From: Alphaproteobacteria bacterium
GTDB taxonomy: Bacteria > Pseudomonadota > Alphaproteobacteria > RF32 > CAG-239
Length of the DNA stretch: 64,000 nucleotides
Assembly (NCBI GenBank): GCA_017484225.1
Contig: JAFUTN010000003.1
Coordinates: 4,851 to 68,850, forward strand
Direction: 5' to 3'
Shown here in pieces: positions 1 through 7,619 of this stretch (the stretch's first letter is position 1; every line of letters starts with the position of its first letter). The notes beneath the pieces were generated by a model that made no database searches, was not told the origin of the DNA, and was given only the letters and a program-made list of their open reading frames with translations. Both the position numbers and the translations under genes were made by a program.

Positions 1-70
1 TAAGATATTATCGGTTTGCTGCGCGCCTGAGGGCGGCTATTCTCTACTAAACCGAAAATAAGGTATTAAT

Positions 71-101
71 AAAAAAACTCTCCGGAAGCAAATCCGGAGA
101 G
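71..101 (-). terminator. Rho-independent terminator after ORF 130..573
   Basis: Stem CTCTCCGG (78-85) / CCGGAGAG (94-101) with an 8-nt loop. On the minus strand it is followed by T7 (A7 at 71-77), just 3' of the ORF stop. Confidence 0.6.
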
Positions 102-129
102 AAAAGGAGAAACAACGAAAATATAAACC

Positions 130-573
130 CTAAATCATTCCTTGTGAATAATCTCTCAGCTGACGAGCCATTTGCACCGGTATTCTGTTTTTTTCCGTTT
201 TATCCTCACCAAATTCTTTAGGATACGCTTTTTTGAAATCTTCCTTAAATTGTTTAGGTGTGCCGAATTTATTTTTTTGGTAAGCATTTTCAATCATCAT
301 CAGCATTTTATCGGATGAGACATCTTTACCGGCAACAGCATTCATTTCCGCTACCTTTGCCAAAAGATTAATCGCCGTAGGTTCTTCGGGAAGTTTGCGT
401 TCGGACAATGTTTGTCCGGAGTGGGAATTAAGGATTACATAACGCGCAAGCCGCAATAATCCCTCTTTATTTTGTTCGGCATCTTTAAGAAGCTCCACAA
501 ATTTTTCGCCAACGGTCATTTTTGAACTTTTATCAGTCATAACGCACCTCCCATAATTATAGTTTATATTCAC
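130..573 (-). CDS. Hypothetical protein
   Basis: 147-aa ORF with no motif I recognise. The start may be the internal Met at 540 (MTDKSSK). It has its own terminator. Confidence 0.5.
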   Translation of the reverse strand: MNINYNYGRCVMTDKSSKMTVGEKFVELLKDAEQNKEGLLRLARYVILNSHSGQTLSERKLPEEPTAINLLAKVAEMNAVAGKDVSSDKMLMMIENAYQKNKFGTPKQFKEDFKKAYPKEFGEDKTEKNRIPVQMARQLRDYSQGMI

Positions 574-672
574 ATAATAGCATATTTTAAGGGGGCAATC
601 AATACAAATTTAACAAAAAATTCATAAACTTTTCGGTTATAAATCAATAACTTCCCGAAAAAATCTTTAATT

Positions 673-1560
673 TTATTTTTTCATCTGCTTCAAATTAATC
701 GCGTAGTTCAGAATTGCCTCACTGACATCAGCGGCAACTTCGTAAAAATCTTCGCTTTTTTGCAAATTTTCTTCGTCGGCATACAATCCGCGATTTATTT
801 CCAGTTGCAACGTATACATATTACGACGAGGCTGGCAATAGTTAAAAGTAATAAAAGCTCCGGAATAAGGACAGTTAAACTCAACCGTATAATTTTTATT
901 CCAAAACTGCGTCGCCAATAAATCACTCATTTCCTGCGGGCAACTTTGGCTGAACAAATTTCCCAAACATATATCTATCCCCTTGCGGCTGTCAATAATC
1001 GTGCATATTTTTGAAGGCATGGAGTGGCAATCCAAAAGCAGACAAAAACCAAACTTTTTTACACATTTAGCAATTAATTGATTCAAGCGATTGTGATAAA
1101 CATCATACACATATTTCAGGCGACTTTCCACTTCGGCATAATCCAGCAGTCCGTCATAAATATTTTCGCGTTTATAGTTAATACGATGAACCACGCCCAA
1201 ACCGACACGGCAATGCTTGTCAAACAAAATCTCTTTATTTTCCGGATAATTATAAAACATTTGCGGATCAAGTTCCAATCTGTCGCGATTCAAATCTATA
1301 AACGTGCGTGAAACTTCCATTTTCATGGCAGTAATACCGCCATCCACCGCACCTTTTACCAATTCATCAACAAAAATATCTTCATTACGGCGCAGATTTT
1401 TTTCATCAAATTTAACATTTTGCAAAAATTCCGGCGGAAAATATGTGCCGCTATGCGGAACGGAAAGCAACAAAGGATAATTTATTTTATCGGCATTATA
1501 CTCCGTATAAATCGGCATATTTCGGTAATCAATATCAATTTTTATTTTTTTGTTTTCCAT
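673..1560 (-). CDS. N-formylglutamate amidohydrolase family protein
   Basis: 295 aa with family-typical motifs: SVPHSGTYFP near the N-terminus and LLLDCHSMPS centrally. Confidence 0.7.
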   Translation of the reverse strand: MENKKIKIDIDYRNMPIYTEYNADKINYPLLLSVPHSGTYFPPEFLQNVKFDEKNLRRNEDIFVDELVKGAVDGGITAMKMEVSRTFIDLNRDRLELDPQMFYNYPENKEILFDKHCRVGLGVVHRINYKRENIYDGLLDYAEVESRLKYVYDVYHNRLNQLIAKCVKKFGFCLLLDCHSMPSKICTIIDSRKGIDICLGNLFSQSCPQEMSDLLATQFWNKNYTVEFNCPYSGAFITFNYCQPRRNMYTLQLEINRGLYADEENLQKSEDFYEVAADVSEAILNYAINLKQMKK

Positions 1561-2197
1561 ATTTTTTGCCCTTTTGCGGCTTTTTGTTGTTTTGAGTATT
1601 TTCTTGTTTTTGCCGTGCTATTCTTTTTTTTGCGGTAGATTTTTTTTCTACCGACCAACCGAATTTACCGATTTTTTTGCCTAACGCATAATAAAATCCG
1701 TGAGCATAAGCCAAAAGCTGAGCCTTATCTAAATTCAGTTCATTTTTTTCACCGATATATTTGTCATCAACATTAACAGCCAAAACCTCGGCCAAGAACA
1801 TATCGTGAGTTCCGAAAGACGTGATATTTTTTACCCTACATTCCAAAGAAATCGGAGCTTCTTCTATTTGCGGAGCCGATATTTTCTCGCATTTTACGGC
1901 GGTTAATCCCATTTGTTTAAATTTATCAACATTGCGACCGCTTTTTACTCCGCACCAATCAACGGCTTTTGCTAATTTTACCGTGGGAACATTTATAACA
2001 AATTCTCCGCTTTTTCTTATAATTTCGTTACTGAAACGTGATGGGCGAACGGAAACATAAACCAACGTCGGTTCCGTGCAAATTATTCCGGTCCAAGCCG
2101 CTGTCATAACATTCGGATTTTCAACTGTTCCGCACGAAATAAGAGCCGGCGGAACCGGAGATAACATTGTTCCTGCTTTCCATGTAATTTTTGTCAT
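1535..2197 (-). CDS. Flavin reductase-like (FMN-binding split-barrel) protein with Lys-rich C-terminal tail
   Basis: 220 aa. The stretches NVMTAAWTG..VSVRPSRFS..GEFVINV are typical of flavin reductase-like domain proteins. The basic tail overlaps the downstream gene start by 26 nt. Confidence 0.65.
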   Translation of the reverse strand: MTKITWKAGTMLSPVPPALISCGTVENPNVMTAAWTGIICTEPTLVYVSVRPSRFSNEIIRKSGEFVINVPTVKLAKAVDWCGVKSGRNVDKFKQMGLTAVKCEKISAPQIEEAPISLECRVKNITSFGTHDMFLAEVLAVNVDDKYIGEKNELNLDKAQLLAYAHGFYYALGKKIGKFGWSVEKKSTAKKRIARQKQENTQNNKKPQKGKKYGKQKNKN

Positions 2198-2465
2198 TAT
2201 TACCGTTCCAAAATCAAACCACTCTCAGATTATATATGAACTTTGTCCATACGTCAAGACCTGCGGTTTTTATGCCGCAGGCCGTTTCAAATTAAAGGAA
2301 TAAACCATGAAAAAATTTCATAGTAACAATAATATAGCACATTTTTTGCCGGCAAAAAATAAAACAAAAGCTAAAAAACCGGTAATAAATAGTTTAATAA
2401 GTCAAAATTTTGTTTGTAATAAAAAATCCGTAATTTATACTAAATGCAGCTGACGGGAGGAAAAA

Positions 2466-2714
2466 ATGTCCGATATTAATTTAGAAAATCTTACTTTTGA
2501 AGATGCTTTGGCACAACTGGAAAATATTGTCCGCGAACTTGAAGGCGGAAGAATTAAACTTGATGATGCGGTTGAAGCTTATGAAAAAGCTTCTGCTCTG
2601 AAAAAATTTTGCGAAGAACGCCTGAAAAATGCCGAGCTTAAAATTGAAAAAATAAATATTTTGCCGGATGGAAGTATTTCTACCGAGCCTTTGGATAAAA
2701 CTGACGGAGAATAA
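2466..2714 (+). CDS. xseB: Exodeoxyribonuclease VII small subunit
   Basis: 82 aa with FEDALAQLENIVRELEGGRIKLDDAVEAYEKA, a typical XseB sequence. A GGAGG Shine-Dalgarno (SD) site lies upstream and ispA follows after 2 nt. Confidence 0.92.
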   Translation: MSDINLENLTFEDALAQLENIVRELEGGRIKLDDAVEAYEKASALKKFCEERLKNAELKIEKINILPDGSISTEPLDKTDGE

Positions 2715-2716
2715 AA

Positions 2717-3613
2717 ATGCAAAATATAAAAGTTGTTTTAGCCGAATTTTCTAGTCGCTTTAATGATGATTTGGAAAAATTTTTTCCTTGTCCGGACGGG
2801 GCAGAAAAACGTGTTATTGAGGCTATGAAATACTCCGTTATGAACGGCGGAAAAAGGTTGCGCCCTTTTTTGTTATGCGAATGTGCTTCATTATTCGGTG
2901 TTGACTATAAAACAGCTTTGCCGGCGGCAGTTTCGTTGGAAATGCTTCATTCTTATTCTTTGATACATGACGATTTGCCGGCCATGGATAATGATGACTT
3001 GCGGCGCGGCAAACCTACATGCCACAAACAATTTGATGAGGCAACCGCTATTTTGGCCGGAGACGGTCTTTTAACCGCCGCCTTTGACATTTTGTCTTCA
3101 TCTTTAATTATTAAACCGGAAATTCGTTTGACACTGGTGCAACTTCTGTCTTCTGCCGCCGGTGCTTTCGGGGGAATGGTTGCCGGACAAACATTGGATA
3201 TTTATGCACAATCAACCGGCAATAAACAAAATGATGAAAATATTATTTCCCGATTGGAAGAAATGAAAACCGGAAGATTGTTACGGTATGCCTGCGAAGC
3301 CGGTGCCGTATTGGGCAAAGCATCATTGGAAGAAAGAAACATTTTAATCGGATATTCGCGAAAAATAGGTCAGGCTTTTCAAATTGCCGACGATATTTTG
3401 GACCGCATAGGAGATCAAAAAACAGTAGGCAAAACTTTGCATAAAGACGATAAACAAAATAAATTTACCTTTGTCGGATACTACGGCATAGAACCGGCCC
3501 GCAAACTTGCCGAAAAATTAATATCTGATGCAATAAATGAAATTTCGTTTTTCGGAGATAAAGCCGAAAATTTAAAATTGATGGCTCAATACATCATAGA
3601 CCGCGAGTATTAA
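2717..3613 (+). CDS. ispA: Polyprenyl (farnesyl/geranylgeranyl) diphosphate synthase
   Basis: 298 aa with both Asp-rich motifs (LIHDDLPAMDNDDLRRGKPT and FQIADDILD). Shows the classical xseB-ispA linkage. Confidence 0.92.
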   Translation: MQNIKVVLAEFSSRFNDDLEKFFPCPDGAEKRVIEAMKYSVMNGGKRLRPFLLCECASLFGVDYKTALPAAVSLEMLHSYSLIHDDLPAMDNDDLRRGKPTCHKQFDEATAILAGDGLLTAAFDILSSSLIIKPEIRLTLVQLLSSAAGAFGGMVAGQTLDIYAQSTGNKQNDENIISRLEEMKTGRLLRYACEAGAVLGKASLEERNILIGYSRKIGQAFQIADDILDRIGDQKTVGKTLHKDDKQNKFTFVGYYGIEPARKLAEKLISDAINEISFFGDKAENLKLMAQYIIDREY

Positions 3614-3686
3614 AAAACAAAACATTCTTTACATTAACGTAAATATTTGATAACATCTTTTTCAGGATATGTAAAAGACGTATCTC

Positions 3687-3871
3687 AGGGGATTAGAAAA
3701 CCCTTAAAATAAACGCAAAACTTGTATATTCAAGTCCTTTTTTTATACCGATAAAACTCGTAAATGGGTGTGATGTCGGTGAATAAGGCTATATGCTCAA
3801 TAAACTGAGCCGTTTTTAACGTTTATTTTACGGTTTTCTAACATCCGCCCACCGATTCAGGTGGCTTTTTT
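3687..3871 (+). promoter_or_regulatory. Structured leader RNA, copy 1 (degenerate variant), ending in an intrinsic terminator
   Basis: Has the family blocks AACCCT, GATGTCGGTGAATAAGG, GAGCC, ACGGTTTTCTAACATCCGCCC. Helices are AAAATAAACG (3706-3715) / CGTTTATTTT (3820-3829) and TTAGAAAACC (3693-3702) / GGTTTTCTAA (3832-3841). Terminator is CCACC-GATTCA-GGTGG-CTTTTTT (3849-3871). Confidence 0.75.
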
Positions 3872-3895
3872 GTAAACTCTTTTGATTTTGAAAGG

Positions 3896-4621
3896 ATGTT
3901 TGAAATGAAACATTTGTTATTTATTTTTTGTTTTATCGGTGCCGGTGCTGCTTTTGCCGAAACATGGAATTGCGGACCGGCAACTGACGGGGTGTATAGT
4001 GACAGCGTTAAATGCACGTATGATGAGGCAACAAAAACGCTTACCATATCAGGCGAAGGAGAAATGGGCGATTATAATGCTATAGATATTAATGGAGAGG
4101 ACGTATCCGATACACCATGGCTAAGAAAAGATATTGTTCACGCCGTTGTGGAAAAAGGTGTAACCACAATCGGAGACAGAGTATTTAAGGCATTATACAA
4201 TTTGGAAGATGTCACCGGATTGGAAAATATAACTTCTGTCGGCATAGCTTCTTTTTCTCAGGCACATAAGCTAGAAAGTGTAGACCTTCCTAATGTGCAA
4301 AATGTAGGCAGCAGCGCTTTTTATAGAACATTGAATTTGCAGTATGCAGGAATACCGGATGGTGTTATATTTGGCTACCGACAAGATCAGCCTGATGTAT
4401 TTGAAGGTTCTATGATTCCTAATTGCAAAACCGGAGACTGCGGAAGCTGCGGAGAAAAATTCGTGCAAGCGGGAGTTGGTTGTGTAAATGATTGCTATGT
4501 CGGATATTATCCGACGAATCAAGGATACTGCAAAATAATTAAACTCCGTTACACCCTGCCGGAAGCGGATGCGGCAACAAGTAATGACAATGAAAACACG
4601 ATTGAGTGGATTTTTGAGTAA
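3896..4621 (+). CDS. Secreted BspA-type LRR / Cys-rich protein, paralog 1 (IEWIFE-tag family)
   Basis: 241 aa. Signal peptide with AFA-ETW cleavage-like site, LRR_5-like repeats (..IGDRVF..L..V.GLENITSVG..AF..), a CGSCGEKFVQAGVGC module and the C-terminal RYTLPEADAATSNDNENTIEWIFE. The true start is probably the second ATG at 3905, because the first ATG overlaps the AAAGGA SD. Confidence 0.85.
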   Translation: MFEMKHLLFIFCFIGAGAAFAETWNCGPATDGVYSDSVKCTYDEATKTLTISGEGEMGDYNAIDINGEDVSDTPWLRKDIVHAVVEKGVTTIGDRVFKALYNLEDVTGLENITSVGIASFSQAHKLESVDLPNVQNVGSSAFYRTLNLQYAGIPDGVIFGYRQDQPDVFEGSMIPNCKTGDCGSCGEKFVQAGVGCVNDCYVGYYPTNQGYCKIIKLRYTLPEADAATSNDNENTIEWIFE

Positions 4622-4711
4622 AATTTTTCTTTTGTTATCACATAAAAAATACTGTTTACATTACACTTAATACTGTTTACAGTATTCCCATGTGTAAAAA
4701 CGGAGAAAAAA

Positions 4712-6064
4712 ATGGATAAGTTTGTTCGCATAATCGGTGCCGGTTTAGCCGGATGCGAGGCTGCATGGCAGCTGGCAAAAAGAGGTATAGATGTTGAACT
4801 GGTAGAAATGAAACCGCAAAAACATTCACCGGCTCACAAAAAAAATTCTTTTGCCGAACTCGTGTGCTCAAATTCTTTTCGTGCGGATGATTTTGAGCAT
4901 AATGCCGTGGGTCTTATGCATCAGGAAATGCGTTTGTTCGGCTCACTGATAATGGATTGCGCCGACAAAACAAAAGTTCCGGCCGGAGGTGCCTTAGCTG
5001 TTGACCGTGACGGTTTTTCAAATATGGTAACGCAACGCTTAAAAGAACAAAAAAATATTCATTTTGTAACTCAAGAAATAACAGATTTTCCGGCAGAAAA
5101 TGATGCGTTAACCATTATTGCCACCGGACCGCTGACAAGCGAAAATTTCATTAAAGCGATTTTGCAGAAAACGGACAATCAGTCTCTTTCGTTTTATGAT
5201 GCCATTGCTCCGGTTGTTTTTAAGGAAAGCATAGATTTTTCAAAAGCTTGGTTTCAATCAAGATATGACAAAGGGGATAAGTTTGATTATATCAACTGCC
5301 CTCTTGGCAAAGAACAATATTACAAATTTGTGGATGAACTGTTAAAAGCAGAAAAAATGCCTTTTCATGATTTTGAAGAACCTCATTATTTTGACGGTTG
5401 TCTGCCGATTGAAGTTATGGCGGAAAGAGGAGCAGATACTCTGCTTTTCGGTCCGATGAAACCTGTCGGGCTGACAAATCCAAATTCGGCGGAAAATCCT
5501 TATGCCGTTGTGCAATTAAGACAAGACAATAAGGAAGATACTTTGCGGAATATTGTCGGATTTCAAACAAAACTCAAGCATGGTGAACAAACCAGAATAT
5601 TTAAGATGATACCGGGACTTGAAAATGCCGAGTTTGCCCGCTTGGGAGGTATTCATAAAAACACATTTATTAAAAGTCCGCTGCTCTTAGATAAATTTTT
5701 GCGCTTAAAAAAACAACCGAATGTAATGTTTGCCGGACAAATAACCGGTTGCGAGGGATATGTTGAAAGTGCAAATGTCGGAATGACTGCCGGCTATTTT
5801 GCCTCAAAACTGGTTCAAAATAAAACTCCGATTATCCCTCCCGATACCACGGCAACGGGAGCCATGCTCGGACATCTTTCGGACGCAACAGACATAGAAA
5901 ATTATCAGCCTATGAATATAAATTTTGGAATTTTTCCTTTAATTCAGGGTGAAACAACCATAAACGGAAAATTTCGCAAAATAAAAGGTGCCGAACGGAA
6001 AGCCGCTTATTGCGAGCGAGCATTAAGAGATTTTAAACAATGGCTGGAGCTGATTAATGCTTGA
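4712..6064 (+). CDS. trmFO: Methylenetetrahydrofolate--tRNA-(uracil54-C5)-methyltransferase
   Basis: 450 aa. N-terminal FAD fold IIGAGLAGCEAAWQLA and overall TrmFO/Gid-like sequence (GQITGCEGYVES). Confidence 0.9.
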   Translation: MDKFVRIIGAGLAGCEAAWQLAKRGIDVELVEMKPQKHSPAHKKNSFAELVCSNSFRADDFEHNAVGLMHQEMRLFGSLIMDCADKTKVPAGGALAVDRDGFSNMVTQRLKEQKNIHFVTQEITDFPAENDALTIIATGPLTSENFIKAILQKTDNQSLSFYDAIAPVVFKESIDFSKAWFQSRYDKGDKFDYINCPLGKEQYYKFVDELLKAEKMPFHDFEEPHYFDGCLPIEVMAERGADTLLFGPMKPVGLTNPNSAENPYAVVQLRQDNKEDTLRNIVGFQTKLKHGEQTRIFKMIPGLENAEFARLGGIHKNTFIKSPLLLDKFLRLKKQPNVMFAGQITGCEGYVESANVGMTAGYFASKLVQNKTPIIPPDTTATGAMLGHLSDATDIENYQPMNINFGIFPLIQGETTINGKFRKIKGAERKAAYCERALRDFKQWLELINA

Positions 6065-6779
6065 TTATATTGATGTATGCTCTCTGGTGCAAAAAAAACA
6101 TGAAAACCTGATAAAAAACTATTGTTCTTATTTGGATTGCGGTTGGAAACACTATCAAAACAACAAAATAGAATCTTCCGTAAGGCTGAAAAAAACAGAT
6201 TTGTTAGAAAAAGCAATTCGCAAAGAATTTCCCTTGCCTGAGAGTTTGTTGGCAAAACTTCAAAAAGATTTTGTGAAAGAAAATTTATCGCTGTATCTTT
6301 TATTGGATGTTTTGCCGGCATGGCGTTATTTGGCGGCAGATAAGTCTCCTTCTTCAGAAGAGCAGCTTTCCGAGCTTACTAATTTTGCAATTTCTCCGCT
6401 GGGAAGAATGATTTTGGCGCTGTATGACGAAAATCCGGCCGCCTATCATCCTTTAAATTCTTTATTGATAATGAATTTTTGGATGCAGTTGTTTATTTCA
6501 AAATCACCGATTGTATCTAAAGTTAAATTAAGCAAAAAGCAGAAAGAAAGCAAATTGCGCGGACTGCTTAAAAATTCCGTTGTTTTGCTCAATCTGTTGG
6601 ATTCTAAACGAACAAAATTCAGAGCGGCTGCAGCAATCAAAAAATCGGAACTTATGTTGAACAAGTTCAAAAACAATGAACAAATCAAACTGACGATTCT
6701 TGACAAGATAAGAGTTTTTTTGTATAGTTTTGCTATGTTTTTAGCCGCCGGAAAGCGGACAGTTTACAGTAAAAGGTAG
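6057..6779 (+). CDS. Hypothetical protein, possibly a divergent squalene/phytoene-synthase-like protein
   Basis: 240 aa. The start overlaps the trmFO stop (ATGCTTGA). The segment FAISPLGRMILALYDENP resembles HpnC-type proteins, but I see no Asp-rich motifs. Confidence 0.35.
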   Translation: MLDYIDVCSLVQKKHENLIKNYCSYLDCGWKHYQNNKIESSVRLKKTDLLEKAIRKEFPLPESLLAKLQKDFVKENLSLYLLLDVLPAWRYLAADKSPSSEEQLSELTNFAISPLGRMILALYDENPAAYHPLNSLLIMNFWMQLFISKSPIVSKVKLSKKQKESKLRGLLKNSVVLLNLLDSKRTKFRAAAAIKKSELMLNKFKNNEQIKLTILDKIRVFLYSFAMFLAAGKRTVYSKR

Positions 6780-6788
6780 GACTTTTTT

Positions 6789-7619
6789 ATGATTTCTCTC
6801 GGTGATGTTGTCAAAAAATCTCGTTCGTCATTGTTTTGGTGTATGCAGGGATACCCGAAAGCCAAAAGAGAGGCATTGTATACATTGTATGCTTTTTGTT
6901 GCCACATAGATGATATTGTTAATTCCTCCATGCCGTCAAAAGAAAAACAAAATCTGCTTGAAGCGTGGCGGGAAGAACTCAATAATATTTATGATAAAAA
7001 AGTTCCGGCAACAAATATCGGTCGCAAAATTTATAAAAACTGTATGCGCTTTAATCTTTCTAAATCAAAGTTCTCGGCAATTCTTGACAGTGCTTTTTTT
7101 AATGTGCCTAATCCGTTGCAAGCTCCGAAACAGGAAATTTTTGAGAAATATGTTTACGGTGTAGCTGTTGCCCCGATAGAATTGGCTCTGACCGTAATGT
7201 GCAGCGAAAAAGAAAAAATCAGAGATGAACTGGCCCGCAATTTGGGAACGGCTATTATTACAACTTTTATTCTTAAAGATATTAAAAGTGATGCAAAAAA
7301 GAATCGCTTGTATATTCCGCTTGAATTGCTGAAAAAATCAAAGGTTAAAATCGGAACACCGCTGTCCGTTATAGAGAACAAAAATATCATAAATTCCAGA
7401 GAAAATCTGTCGGAAATTGCAGAAAAAAGCTATAAACGCGCATGGCGTTTGCTGGATAAGATGAATAAAAAAGAGACATTCCCGCTGAGATTTATCGGCA
7501 GTGTAAGTGAGTGCTATTTTAATATTATGAAAAATCGCGGCTGGGAAATCATAGCACCTAAACCATATATAAGCAGTATCAAAAAAATAAAAATCGCATT
7601 TAAAACCATTTTTGATTAA
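6789..7619 (+). CDS. Squalene/phytoene synthase family protein
   Basis: 276 aa. REALYTLYAFCCHIDDIVN (first motif, partly degenerate) and DIKSDAKKNRLYIPLE (second Asp-rich / GRxYLP-like motif). Confidence 0.7.
   Translation: MISLGDVVKKSRSSLFWCMQGYPKAKREALYTLYAFCCHIDDIVNSSMPSKEKQNLLEAWREELNNIYDKKVPATNIGRKIYKNCMRFNLSKSKFSAILDSAFFNVPNPLQAPKQEIFEKYVYGVAVAPIELALTVMCSEKEKIRDELARNLGTAIITTFILKDIKSDAKKNRLYIPLELLKKSKVKIGTPLSVIENKNIINSRENLSEIAEKSYKRAWRLLDKMNKKETFPLRFIGSVSECYFNIMKNRGWEIIAPKPYISSIKKIKIAFKTIFD

Noticed and set aside
1-60. The window start (AGATATTATCGGTTTGCTGCGCGCCTGAGGGCGGC...AAACCGAAAATAAGG) contains fragments resembling the leader blocks and the 3' hairpin.
   Set aside because: The matches are short and out of order relative to the seven good copies, and the element is truncated by the window edge. 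It cannot be called.
2307-2453. 48-aa Lys-rich small ORF (MKKFHSNNNIAHFLPAKNKTKAKKP...) with a GGA-type SD just upstream of xseB. It is below the ORF-track cutoff.
   Set aside because: It has no recognisable motif, and such ORFs arise easily in AT-rich spacers. It is worth a ribosome-profiling or conservation check but is not supportable as a feature.
3838-4047. Conserved-looking ORFs antisense to the LRR paralogs: 3838-4047, 42293-42553, 41727-42038, 41670-42011, 48656-48874, 48740-48931 and 63772-63981.
   Set aside because: They recur only because the sense genes and leaders are repeated. They have no RBS, and the sense strand carries signal peptides, LRR repeats and the conserved C-terminal tag.
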